A DNA stretch of 64,000 bases from the NCBI GenBank assembly GCA_036003325.1, contig DASYSM010000134.1, positions 9,164 to 73,163 on the forward strand, given 5' to 3'. Below the pieces are notes generated by a model. The model worked only from the letters and a program-made list of their open reading frames with translations, ran no database searches and was not told where the DNA came from. Shown in pieces: positions 43,360 through 54,894 of this stretch (positions within the stretch are counted from its first letter, which is position 1; every line of letters begins with the position of its first letter). Made by a program: the position numbers and the translations under genes. This DNA comes from Candidatus Limnocylindrales bacterium. Lineage in GTDB: Bacteria > Chloroflexota > Limnocylindria > Limnocylindrales > CSP1-4.

Positions 43360-46300
43360 GTGAGACGGATCCCCGTCGCCCTCGCCACGCTTTGCCTGCT
43401 GGTCGGTCAGACCATCTTCGCCGGTGCCGTGTCCGGCGCAGACCCAGCGACGTTCACGGCCACCCCGCTGACCGCCGTGTCCACGTTCAGCGCGCCGAAG
43501 TCCACGTCCGGCGCGATCGCCAGGAGCGATCCGAAGCTGCTCGGTCGCCACGATGCGACCCTGGTCAACGTGATCATCAAGTACGACTTCGATGCCTCGG
43601 CGACCTATGCCGGCGGCCTCAGGGGCCTGAAGGCGACGAGTCCCCGCGTGACCGGCAAGTCGCTCACGGCCAACGCCGCAGCGGTGAAGGCCTATGACAG
43701 CTACACGACCGGACTGACCAGGGATATCACGGCGGCCGCCAGGAAGGCCGCGCCGTCGCTCAAGGTCAACCAGTCGTATGCGACCGCCTATGGCGGGGTC
43801 TCCGCGCGCGTCGCGGCCAACCAGATCGGCGCGCTGCTCAAGGTGTCCGGCGTGGTCGCGGTCCAGGCGGACTCGCTCGAGCATCCGCTCGACGACAACA
43901 CCGGCTTCATCGGCGCGACGGCCGTCTGGCCATCGCTCGGTGGCTCGGCGACCGCCGGCAGCAACACGATCTTCGGCGACATCGACACCGGTGTCTGGCC
44001 CGAGCATCCGATGCTCGACCCGGGCAGCCTGAGCGCCCCGGCGGGCGGACTCAAGGCCTGCCAGTTCGGTGACGGCACCGATACCGCCCATCTCGGTCAG
44101 CCGTTCACCTGCAACAACAAGCTGATCGGCGCCTACGCCAAGATGGCCGGCTACATGGCCAACACCGGAGCCGGCGCGGAGGAGTTCTGCAACAACACGT
44201 CGCATCAGTGCTCGGCCCGCGACCCGGAGGGTCACGGGACGCACACGACCACGACCGCCGCGGGTGACTGCGTCGCGTCGGCCATGCTCTACGGCGTCGA
44301 GCGCGGACCGGTCTGCGGCATCGCCCCGGGCGCGCATGTCATCGAATACCGCGTCTGCGCGCGGTCGGGCTGCTTCGGCTCCGACTCCGTGGCGGCGGTC
44401 AACCAGGCCATCGCCGATGGCGTCAACGTCATCAACTTCTCGATCTCGGGTGGCGGCAACCCGTACACCGACGCGGTCGAGCTCGCGTTCCTCGACGCGG
44501 TCCATGCGGGGATCTCGGTCAATGCCTCGGCCGGCAACAGTGGCCCCGGCGCCGGGACATCCGATCATGGCGGTCCGTGGGTCACCACGGTCGGTGCCTC
44601 GACCGGTCCGCGCAGCTTCGAATCGACCCTCCATCTCACCGCCGACGGCGGCGCGTCACTCGACGTCTCCGGCGTCACGTTGACCGACGGCATCACCGCC
44701 GCGACACCGGTCGTGATGGCCGCCACGCTGCCCAAGGCCGGCGGCGGCAACGAGGATGCGCTCTGCCAGTCCGATCTGGCTCCGGGCGTGGCGACCGGCC
44801 TGGTCGTCGTCTGCAACCGCGGGACCAACGGCCGAATCGACAAGGGCCGCAGGGTCCTGGCCGGCGGTGCTGCCGGGATGATCCTCACCAACAACTCGGC
44901 CGCGGTCACCGACCTCGAGTCCGACAACCACTATCTGCCGGCGATCCAGGTCCAGTACTCCTCGAACGCGGTCGCCGCCTTCGTCACCGGCCACACCGGT
45001 GTGATGGGGACCTGGGCGCAGGGCAGCGCGCAGCCTGCGCAGGCTGACGTGATGGCGTCGTTCTCGTCGCGGGGTCCCACCGGCGACTGGATCAAGCCGG
45101 ACGTCACCGCGCCCGGTGTCCAGGTGCTTGCGGGCACGACGCCGCAGCCTGACCAGACGACGGCCGACAACGGCCCGACCGGCAACTACTACATGGCCAT
45201 CGCCGGGACGTCGATGTCCAGCCCGCACGCCGCCGGCGTATCGCTGCTGGTCAAGGCCGCCCATCCGACGTGGACCCCGGAGGAGATCAAGTCGGCGCTG
45301 ATGACGTCGTCCGTCCAGACGGTGGTCAAGGAGGACGGGGTCACGCCCGCCGACCCGTTCGACATGGGCGCCGGGTCGATCCGGGCCGACCGCGCGGTCA
45401 ACCCCACCCTCGTCTTCGATACGACGTTCGATGCGTTCAATGCGGCCGGAGCGGATCCGCTCCATCGCATCGACCTCAACATCGCCAGCATCGACGCGAC
45501 GACGATGACCGGTGAGGTCACGACCAAGCGGACGGCGCTCAACGTCTCCGGCCAGGACCAGACCCTGACGGTGTCGGTCGCATCGCCGGCCGGCACGCAG
45601 ATCATCGTCTCCAACAACGCGCCCGGGCCCCAGGGCCCCGGCTCGAGCAGCAGGAACCTCGGGGTCGCGGCCGGCGGGTCGCTGACCTTCTGGGTCACCA
45701 TCAGCGCCCCGGGGGTCGCCAACGGGCAGTACCTGGGCCGCATCACCCTGACGCCCAGGCACGGCACGGCGGTCACCCTCCCGGTGGCATTCGTCAAGAA
45801 GCAGGGCAGCGTCTCGCTGACCAACACCTGCTCGCCGACGTCCGTCTCGGCCGGAACGGGCGTTGCGCATTGCACCGTGACGGCCGCCAACTTCGGCAGC
45901 GTCGCCTCGAACGTCGACGTGACGGTGCAGAGCCCGCAGAAGGGCCTCGACTACAGCAACGTCGCCGCCCCGGCGACGGTGATCGGCACCAACGACGGCG
46001 CGAAGTGGAGCGGCACCCTGTCGCCCGCCATCCCGCCCCAGGTCACCTCGGTGAGCCTCGCATCGCCGGACGAGACACCAGCCGGCGGGTACCTCCCGTT
46101 GTCGCTGTTCGGCATCGGGCCGGTCGCCGGCGTGACCGACGACAGCATCGCCAACTTCACCGTTCCGACGTTCTTCTACGGTGGCGAGGCGTACTCGCGG
46201 GTCGGCGTCGTCTCGAACGGCTATATCGTGATCGGCGGCGGCACTGCGGCGGACGTCGCGTTCGCACCGCAGACCTTCCCGAACGCGGCCGTCCCGAACA

Positions 46301-46791
46301 ATGTCGTCGCGCCATTCTGGACGGACACCAACATCCCGGCTGGCGGCGCCATCCGGGTGGCCACGCTGACTGACAACGCCACCAGCGACTGGCTCATCGT
46401 CGACTTCGACCACGCCAAGAACTTCGGCAACGCGACGACCCATACCGGCGAGATCTGGATCCGGTTGAGCACCCGGGCAAACACGGGTCCGGCCGGCGAA
46501 CAGATCACCATCTCCTACGGGGCCGCCAACGCGGCGATCGATGGTGGCGCCGGCATCAACTGGGGTGCCGAAAACCGCGACGGCTCGAGCGGCAAGAACA
46601 TCGCGCCGACGCCGGCCGACGACAGCGAGTACTTCGTCACGCTGTCGGGTCCGGCTGCCGGCGGACAGGTGTCGTTCAGCTTCGACCTCTCGGCGAAGAA
46701 GGCCGGCACCTACCAGTCCATCGCCGACATGACCTCCAGCACGACCCCGGGCAAGACCCAGGTCGTCCAGCAGCTGATCGTCACGCCCTGA
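43360..46791 (+). CDS. Secreted subtilisin-like serine protease (S8) with I9 propeptide, PA-domain insert and about 400-aa C-terminal extension
   Basis: Catalytic D (GDIDTGVWPEHP), H (GHGTHTTTTAAG), S (GTSMSSPHAAG). Signal peptide. GTG 43360 after GGGAGGAG. Confidence 0.9.
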   Translation: MRRIPVALATLCLLVGQTIFAGAVSGADPATFTATPLTAVSTFSAPKSTSGAIARSDPKLLGRHDATLVNVIIKYDFDASATYAGGLRGLKATSPRVTGKSLTANAAAVKAYDSYTTGLTRDITAAARKAAPSLKVNQSYATAYGGVSARVAANQIGALLKVSGVVAVQADSLEHPLDDNTGFIGATAVWPSLGGSATAGSNTIFGDIDTGVWPEHPMLDPGSLSAPAGGLKACQFGDGTDTAHLGQPFTCNNKLIGAYAKMAGYMANTGAGAEEFCNNTSHQCSARDPEGHGTHTTTTAAGDCVASAMLYGVERGPVCGIAPGAHVIEYRVCARSGCFGSDSVAAVNQAIADGVNVINFSISGGGNPYTDAVELAFLDAVHAGISVNASAGNSGPGAGTSDHGGPWVTTVGASTGPRSFESTLHLTADGGASLDVSGVTLTDGITAATPVVMAATLPKAGGGNEDALCQSDLAPGVATGLVVVCNRGTNGRIDKGRRVLAGGAAGMILTNNSAAVTDLESDNHYLPAIQVQYSSNAVAAFVTGHTGVMGTWAQGSAQPAQADVMASFSSRGPTGDWIKPDVTAPGVQVLAGTTPQPDQTTADNGPTGNYYMAIAGTSMSSPHAAGVSLLVKAAHPTWTPEEIKSALMTSSVQTVVKEDGVTPADPFDMGAGSIRADRAVNPTLVFDTTFDAFNAAGADPLHRIDLNIASIDATTMTGEVTTKRTALNVSGQDQTLTVSVASPAGTQIIVSNNAPGPQGPGSSSRNLGVAAGGSLTFWVTISAPGVANGQYLGRITLTPRHGTAVTLPVAFVKKQGSVSLTNTCSPTSVSAGTGVAHCTVTAANFGSVASNVDVTVQSPQKGLDYSNVAAPATVIGTNDGAKWSGTLSPAIPPQVTSVSLASPDETPAGGYLPLSLFGIGPVAGVTDDSIANFTVPTFFYGGEAYSRVGVVSNGYIVIGGGTAADVAFAPQTFPNAAVPNNVVAPFWTDTNIPAGGAIRVATLTDNATSDWLIVDFDHAKNFGNATTHTGEIWIRLSTRANTGPAGEQITISYGAANAAIDGGAGINWGAENRDGSSGKNIAPTPADDSEYFVTLSGPAAGGQVSFSFDLSAKKAGTYQSIADMTSSTTPGKTQVVQQLIVTP

Positions 46792-46815
46792 CGGCGGACA
46801 TCAGCTGACCCACGC

Positions 46816-46843
46816 GACGGGCCGTCCGACAGGGCGGCCCGTC
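46816..46843. terminator. Hairpin (9-bp stem, 10-nt loop) between convergent protease and mmsA genes
   Basis: gacgggccg (46816-46824) pairs with cggcccgtc (46835-46843). Confidence 0.4.
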
Positions 46844-46864
46844 CGATTCCCCGTGCGCTCGCGA

Positions 46865-48403
46865 TCAGCGCGTGCGCGGGAACCCGAGGTCGATCCTGGA
46901 TGTGCCCGGGTCGGGCCAGCGTGACGTCACGATCTTGGCCCGGGTGTAGAACTGGACGCCCTCGGGACCATACATGTGCAGGTCGCCGAACAGCGAGTTC
47001 TTCCAGCCGCCGAAGCTGTAATAGGCGACCGGCACGGGGATCGGCACGTTGATGCCGACCATGCCGGCATCGACCTCGAACTGGAACTGCCGGGCGGCTC
47101 CGCCGTCACGGGTGAAGATGGCGGTGCCATTGCCGTACGGGTTGTCGTTGACCAGACGCACGGCCTCGTCGTAGGTCTTGACCCGCATCACGGTCAGCAC
47201 CGGGCCGAAGATCTCGTCGCGGTAGGCGTCCATCGCCGGCGTGACGTGATCGATCAGCGAGACGCCGAGGAAGAAGCCGTCCGACTCGTCGTAGAGCGGG
47301 TGCTCCCGGCCGTCGGTCACGACGACCGCGCCCTGGGCCGGACCGCTGTCGAGGTACGACGCGACCTTGTCGCGGTGCTGCTTCGTCACCAGCGGGCCCA
47401 TCTCCGACGATGGGTCGCTGCCCGGTCCGACGGTGATCTTCGGCAACCGCGTCCTGATCGCCTCGACCAACGGGTCGGCGACATCGCCGACGGCGACGAT
47501 GGTCGCGATGGCCATGCACCGCTCGCCCGCCGAGCCATAGCCGGCCGAGACCGCGGCATCGGCGGCCATGTCGATGTCGGCATCGGGCAGCACGATCATG
47601 TGGTTCTTGGCGCCACCGAGCGCCTGGACCCGCTTGCCGGCCTTGGTCCCGGTCTCGTAGATGTAGCGTGCGATCGGCGTCGAGCCGACGAACGAGACGG
47701 CCTCGATGTCCGGGTGCCCGAGGATGGCGTCGACCGCCACCTTGTCCCCGTGGACGACGTTGAAGATGCCGTCCGGGACCCCGGCATCGTGCAGGATCTC
47801 GGCCAGGAGGTTGGCCGCCGACGGGTCCTTCTCCGATGGCTTGAGCACGAACGCATTGCCCGCCGCGATGGCCGTGGCGAACATCCACATCGGCACCATC
47901 GCCGGGAAGTTGAACGGGGTGATGCCGGCCACCACGCCGAGCGGCTGGCGGATCTGGTAGACGTCCACACCGCCCGAGACCTGTTCCGAGAAGCCGCCCT
48001 TGAGCAGGCTCGGGATCCCGCACGCGAACTCGAGGTTCTCGAGCCCCCGCGCGATCTCACCGAGAGCATCCGACGGGACCTTCCCGTGCTCCGCCGTCAG
48101 AAGGGCGGCGATCTCCGTGCGACGGGCATCGACCCCGTTCCGGATCCGGAACATGATGTCGGTCCGCTTCGAGATCGAGGTCGCCCGCCACGCAGGAAAG
48201 GCCGCCTTGGCCGCCGCGACCGCCGCGTCGACCTCCTCCACCGACGCGAAGTCCACCTGCTTGGTGAGCTCACCGGTGGCCGGATCGAATACGGGCCCCT
48301 CACGCCCGGACGTCCCGGCGACCAGCCGGCCCCCGATCCAGTGGCTGATGCGCGCCGGCGTTCCGCTGTCGGCCTTGGCGTTCGGTTCTGCGAGCTGTGT
48401 CAT
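46865..48403 (-). CDS. mmsA: CoA-acylating methylmalonate/malonate-semialdehyde dehydrogenase
   Basis: FNFPAMVPMWMF, catalytic Cys in GERCMA, and the C-terminal RWP...DLGFP tail typical of MmsA. Confidence 0.9.
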   Translation of the reverse strand: MTQLAEPNAKADSGTPARISHWIGGRLVAGTSGREGPVFDPATGELTKQVDFASVEEVDAAVAAAKAAFPAWRATSISKRTDIMFRIRNGVDARRTEIAALLTAEHGKVPSDALGEIARGLENLEFACGIPSLLKGGFSEQVSGGVDVYQIRQPLGVVAGITPFNFPAMVPMWMFATAIAAGNAFVLKPSEKDPSAANLLAEILHDAGVPDGIFNVVHGDKVAVDAILGHPDIEAVSFVGSTPIARYIYETGTKAGKRVQALGGAKNHMIVLPDADIDMAADAAVSAGYGSAGERCMAIATIVAVGDVADPLVEAIRTRLPKITVGPGSDPSSEMGPLVTKQHRDKVASYLDSGPAQGAVVVTDGREHPLYDESDGFFLGVSLIDHVTPAMDAYRDEIFGPVLTVMRVKTYDEAVRLVNDNPYGNGTAIFTRDGGAARQFQFEVDAGMVGINVPIPVPVAYYSFGGWKNSLFGDLHMYGPEGVQFYTRAKIVTSRWPDPGTSRIDLGFPRTR

Positions 48404-48464
48404 CGGATCGACCTCTGCGTGGACGTCTCACGATACCCGGTCGTCATCCGCGACGGGTCCACCG

Positions 48465-49355
48465 TCAGAAGCGCGGGCGGGTCTCGGGGTCGGGCCAGGC
48501 GACGTCGACCCGCGGGTCGGCCGGCCCGGAATGGTCGGCCTGATCGGCATCGGGCGCCCGGCCGTGGTGGCGGATCGTCAGGGCCACGAACGCAACGACG
48601 CAGCCGAGCGCGATGCCGATCGAGATGATGCCGGCGGCGTCGAGACCGTCGGCGAGGACCGGGTCGCGCCACGTCGTCGAGACGAGGGCGCGAGCCCCGG
48701 CCCACAGCCCGATCGCCACGAAGAACAGTCGACCGTCGCGCCCGCGGAAGGCTCCGACCATCAGGCTGACCGTCAGGATCGTCAGGATCGCGAGCGTGGC
48801 CATGCCCTCGAGCGCCTGCGACGGGACCGACGGGAGGGCCGGCAGGAGCGAGCCCCACGGTCCCGGACCGAGATAGGCCGTGGCCGGGTCGGACAGGCTG
48901 GGGACGCCCTGCCCCGATCCCGCCAGCACCATCGTGAGCTTGCCGGCCCCGAGCGCGAACAGGACGGGCGCCGCGGCCAGGTGCAGCCAGCGACCAAGGG
49001 GAGCGCCCAGCAGGCTGGCCACGTACAGACCGGTCACGAAGCCGCCGACGACCGCCATGCCGAGGTCCATCCCGCCGACCGACGGGTCCAGCAGCCGGTC
49101 GGGCGCGGAACCGTAGTAGGCGGAGTGGATGAGGAAGTAGCCCAGCCGCCCGCCGATCACGGCGCCCGGCACGATGCCGACCGCGACGAAGACGACGTCG
49201 TCGGGCCGGAAGCCACCCGCCCGGGCGAGGATGCCGGCCAGCACCAGCGACGCGACGATGACCGCGACGAGCGCCAGGACCGCCCAGCGCACGGTCAGGT
49301 CGCCCGGGAGATGGGCGAATGGGTCGAACTGGAAGAACACGACGGAGATCGGCAC
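48465..49355 (-). CDS. Divergent Lgt-like (prolipoprotein diacylglyceryl transferase family) membrane protein
   Basis: Polytopic. Collinear with Lgt helices (IGGRLGYFLIH, GGMDLGMAVVGG) but lacks the RWGNFFNQE-type motif seen in the lgt at 59087-60283. GTG 49355 inferred. Confidence 0.5.
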   Translation of the reverse strand: MPISVVFFQFDPFAHLPGDLTVRWAVLALVAVIVASLVLAGILARAGGFRPDDVVFVAVGIVPGAVIGGRLGYFLIHSAYYGSAPDRLLDPSVGGMDLGMAVVGGFVTGLYVASLLGAPLGRWLHLAAAPVLFALGAGKLTMVLAGSGQGVPSLSDPATAYLGPGPWGSLLPALPSVPSQALEGMATLAILTILTVSLMVGAFRGRDGRLFFVAIGLWAGARALVSTTWRDPVLADGLDAAGIISIGIALGCVVAFVALTIRHHGRAPDADQADHSGPADPRVDVAWPDPETRPRF

Positions 49356-49464
49356 GGTGGCGTGAGTGTATCGAAGCACCGCGGAACCACCCGGCGGCCC
49401 AGGGCGTCGAACGGCCGACCGGCTCCGACACCGCCGGCCTCGACCCCCGAAGGGACACCACCGC

Positions 49465-49896
49465 ATGACCTACCATCGCCGGGAGATGGCCGCCCGCGCC
49501 GCGCTGATCGCCACCGTGCTCCTCGTGGCCGGCTGTTCGGCTGCCGCAGCACCGAGCGGCGGTGTCCCGACGGCCACGCCGACCGTCGGCGCATCGGCTC
49601 TGACCCCGGAGGATGGATCGCAGAGCCCGGGGACGATCCTCCTCCCCGCCTCGGTCATCGACCCGGTCGTGGCCGACATCGCCAGGACGGCCGGCGTCCC
49701 GGTCGACCAGGTCGAGGTCATCTCGGCGCAGCCGGTCACCTTCCCCGACGGAAGCCTGGGCTGCCCGCAACCGGGCCTCGCCTACACGCAGGTCCTGGTC
49801 GACGGCTACCAGATCGTGGCCAGGGCCGGCGACGCCACCTACGACTACCGCGGATCCGGCTCGACCTTCAAGCGCTGCACGCCGGCCGCCAGCTAG
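49465..49896 (+). CDS. Small lipoprotein (hypothetical)
   Basis: Signal peptide plus lipobox LLVAGC. Start is ATG 49465 or 49486. Confidence 0.6.
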   Translation: MTYHRREMAARAALIATVLLVAGCSAAAAPSGGVPTATPTVGASALTPEDGSQSPGTILLPASVIDPVVADIARTAGVPVDQVEVISAQPVTFPDGSLGCPQPGLAYTQVLVDGYQIVARAGDATYDYRGSGSTFKRCTPAAS

Positions 49897-49953
49897 CCTC
49901 GGGCGACGCGCTGGCGGGGTGCCTCGCCGCCGCGACCGACCGCGGGATGGCCC

Positions 49954-52522
<2,569 letters not shown>

Positions 52523-52698
52523 CGGCGTTCAGGCTCCTGGTGCGCAGGCGATCACGGTCGATCGACCGGCCGCGCGTGACGCGCCCCTCGAGGAGGGTCG
52601 CAGGAGTCGGCTTCCGCAGTCGTGGTGGGAGGATGCTAGCACGTTGCGAGAAGGTTGCGGCGCGCGTCGGGGGCAGACGCGCCCCTGGCCAACGGCGC

Positions 52699-52995
52699 TC
52701 AGCCGCGGATCGGCGTCAGGTCCGTGTTGCTGATCGTCCCGACGATCCCCGCCACCACCCCGACCACGAGCACGACCCGCGCCAGGCCGGGTCGGCGCGG
52801 CCCGATGACCTGGACGACCGCGAGGACGAAGCAGATCAGGACGACCTTGAGGATGATCGACACCACCGGCGGGGTGGCGCCGATGATCGGGTTGATCTCG
52901 CGCGCGACGACCAGCGCGCTGATGGCATCGGCGAGCTGGGTGACGACGAAGGTCGCAGCGAGTGCGATCGGAAAGTCGCGGGACACGGCCGCCAT
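52699..52995 (-). CDS. Small 3-TM membrane protein (hypothetical)
   Basis: ATG 52995. Three hydrophobic helices. No family recognised with confidence. Confidence 0.45.
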   Translation of the reverse strand: MAAVSRDFPIALAATFVVTQLADAISALVVAREINPIIGATPPVVSIILKVVLICFVLAVVQVIGPRRPGLARVVLVVGVVAGIVGTISNTDLTPIRG

Positions 52996-53061
52996 GGTAG
53001 GGCCGCGGCAGAGTCGTTGACAGGTCAACCCCGTGACCCGTAGCATCCGCACACAACCGAA

Positions 53062-53170
53062 GAGCTCTTATCAAGAGTGGCAGAGGGACCGGCCCGTTGA
53101 AGCCACGACAACCTACCGACGGATCGGCAAGGTGCCAAGCCCGGGCAGGTCATCCTGCACGATAAGGGAA
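53062..53170 (+). promoter_or_regulatory. SAM-I (S-box) riboswitch
   Basis: gctcttatcaagagtggcagagggaccggcccgttgaagccacgacaacc...ggtgccaagcccgggcag...ctgcacgataaggg matches the S-box core (CUUAUCAAGAG-GG-GAGGGAC-GGCCC-UGAA-CC-CAACC-GGUGC-AA-CC-GCAG-GAUAAG). About 90 nt upstream of the thrC-like ATG. Confidence 0.9.
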
Positions 53171-53259
53171 CCTCCCTTCGGAGCCCCCCTATCCGACCAG
53201 ACGGTCGCCCGTACCCCGGTCCCAGGCGCCCTCACCCCAGGCGACCCCGGAGTACGACC

Positions 53260-54555
53260 ATGGCGATCGAGATCCTTCCGACATCGACCCACACGGACCG
53301 CATCCTGGGACTCCGCTGTCGCAATTGCGGCGCGGACCAGCCGATCGGCCTGTCGTACGTCTGTCCGGCCTGTTTCGGGCCGCTCGATGTCGCCTACGAC
53401 TACGTCGCGGTCGGGGCGACGCTGACCCGCGAGGCCATCGCGTCACGCGCTCCCGGGATCTGGCGCTACGCCGAGCTGCTGCCGGTCGACGAGCCACCGA
53501 CGCGCGGGCTGCCGGTCGGCTCGACCCCGCTGCTGTCCGCCGACCGGCTGGCGCCCGTCCTCGGCCTGGATCGGCTGTGGCTCAAGGACGACACGCGCAA
53601 CCCGTCGCTCTCGTTCAAGGACCGCGCCGTCGCGGTCGCGGCCGCGCGCGCGGTCGAGTTCGGCGTCGAGGCGCTGGCGTGCGCCTCGACCGGGAACCTG
53701 GCAGGTGCCACGGCCGCCGCCGCCGCCGCGCTCGGCTTGCCGGCCTACGTCTTCATCCCGGCCGACCTCGAGCCGGCCAAGGTCGACCACGCGCTGGCAT
53801 ACGGCGCGACGGTCGTCCCGATCGAGGGCACCTACGACGACGTCAATCGGCTCTGTCTCGAGGTGGCCGACGAGACCGGCTGGGGATTCGTCAACATCAA
53901 CCTGCGGCCGTTCTACGCCGAGGGATCCAAGACACTCGCCTACGAGATCGCCGAGTCGCTCGGCTGGCGATCGCCCGACGTGGTCGTCGCACCGGTCGCG
54001 TCCGGCGCGATGTTCACCCACGTCGCGCGCGGGTTCGAGGAGCTCGTCGAGCTCGGGCTGATCGCGCGCCGGCCGATCCGGTTCGTCGGTGGCCAGGCCG
54101 CCGGCTGCGCGCCGGTCGCGACCGCGTGGGCGGCCGGCAGTGACGTCATCGTCCCTGTCCGCGAGCCCGACACCATCGTCCGCTCGCTGGCCATCGGCAG
54201 TCCGGCCGACGGGCGCGATTCGGCCACGCTGGCGACGGCGTCGGGCGGGTCGATCGAGGCGATCGACGATGTCGTGACCGCCGAGGCCATCCGCGACGTC
54301 GCCCGGCTCGAGGGGATCTACCCGGAGACGGCCGGTGGCGTGACGCTGGCCGCCGCCGCGGCCGCCCGTCGCCGAGGCGTCATCCGGCCGGGTGACGAGG
54401 TCGTCGCGCTGCTCACCGGCAATGGGCTCAAGACGCCCGACGCGCGGACACTCGGACATGGCGATGGGGTCGCTCGACCCGGCCAGCCGGGCCTCGCGCC
54501 GGCGATCCGTCCGAGCCTCGCGGCCTTCGAGCGATGGCTGGGAGGCGACGCATGA
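53260..54555 (+). CDS. Threonine-synthase homologue (PLP fold-type II) with N-terminal zinc ribbon; candidate MetM-type homocysteine synthase
   Basis: CRNCGADQPIGLSYVCPACFG zinc ribbon. PLP-lysine motif NPSLSFKDRAV. SAM riboswitch upstream and a ThiS-like gene overlapping downstream. Confidence 0.8.
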   Translation: MAIEILPTSTHTDRILGLRCRNCGADQPIGLSYVCPACFGPLDVAYDYVAVGATLTREAIASRAPGIWRYAELLPVDEPPTRGLPVGSTPLLSADRLAPVLGLDRLWLKDDTRNPSLSFKDRAVAVAAARAVEFGVEALACASTGNLAGATAAAAAALGLPAYVFIPADLEPAKVDHALAYGATVVPIEGTYDDVNRLCLEVADETGWGFVNINLRPFYAEGSKTLAYEIAESLGWRSPDVVVAPVASGAMFTHVARGFEELVELGLIARRPIRFVGGQAAGCAPVATAWAAGSDVIVPVREPDTIVRSLAIGSPADGRDSATLATASGGSIEAIDDVVTAEAIRDVARLEGIYPETAGGVTLAAAAAARRRGVIRPGDEVVALLTGNGLKTPDARTLGHGDGVARPGQPGLAPAIRPSLAAFERWLGGDA

Positions 54556-54824
54556 GCACGGTCCGCATCCCCCCGACGCTCCGGGTGGCGACCGGCGGCG
54601 CAAAGCAGGTCGAGGTCCCGGGCGGGACGGTCCGCGAGGTGGTCACCGGCCTCGTCGCGCTGCACCCGGGGCTGGAGGCGCAGCTCATCGCGCCGGACGG
54701 CGACCTGAACCGGTTCGTCAACGCGTTCCTCAACGACACGGACGTCCGCCACCTCGACGACCTCGATACCCCGGTCGGTGACGGCGACACGCTGGTCCTC
54801 CTGCCCGCGATGGCGGGCGGCTGA
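54552..54824 (+). CDS. ThiS/MoaD-family sulfur-carrier protein ending in Gly-Gly (candidate MetO/HcyS-type)
   Basis: 90 aa. Beta-grasp-like pattern and C-terminus ...LLPAMAGG followed by stop. ATG overlaps the thrC-like stop (ATGA) and follows GGAGG. Confidence 0.8.
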   Translation: MSTVRIPPTLRVATGGAKQVEVPGGTVREVVTGLVALHPGLEAQLIAPDGDLNRFVNAFLNDTDVRHLDDLDTPVGDGDTLVLLPAMAGG

Positions 54825-54894
54825 GGCCGCCCGGCGACATCGTCGAGTGCGCCGACCAGGTGCACGTCGGGATCGACCCAGGGCAGAGACGCCG

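Noticed and set aside
42559-46443. Minus-strand ORFs 42559-44634 (691 aa) and 44656-46443 (595 aa)
   Set aside because: They are antisense to the S8 protease gene, whose catalytic triad motifs are unambiguous. The products are Arg/Gly-rich junk.
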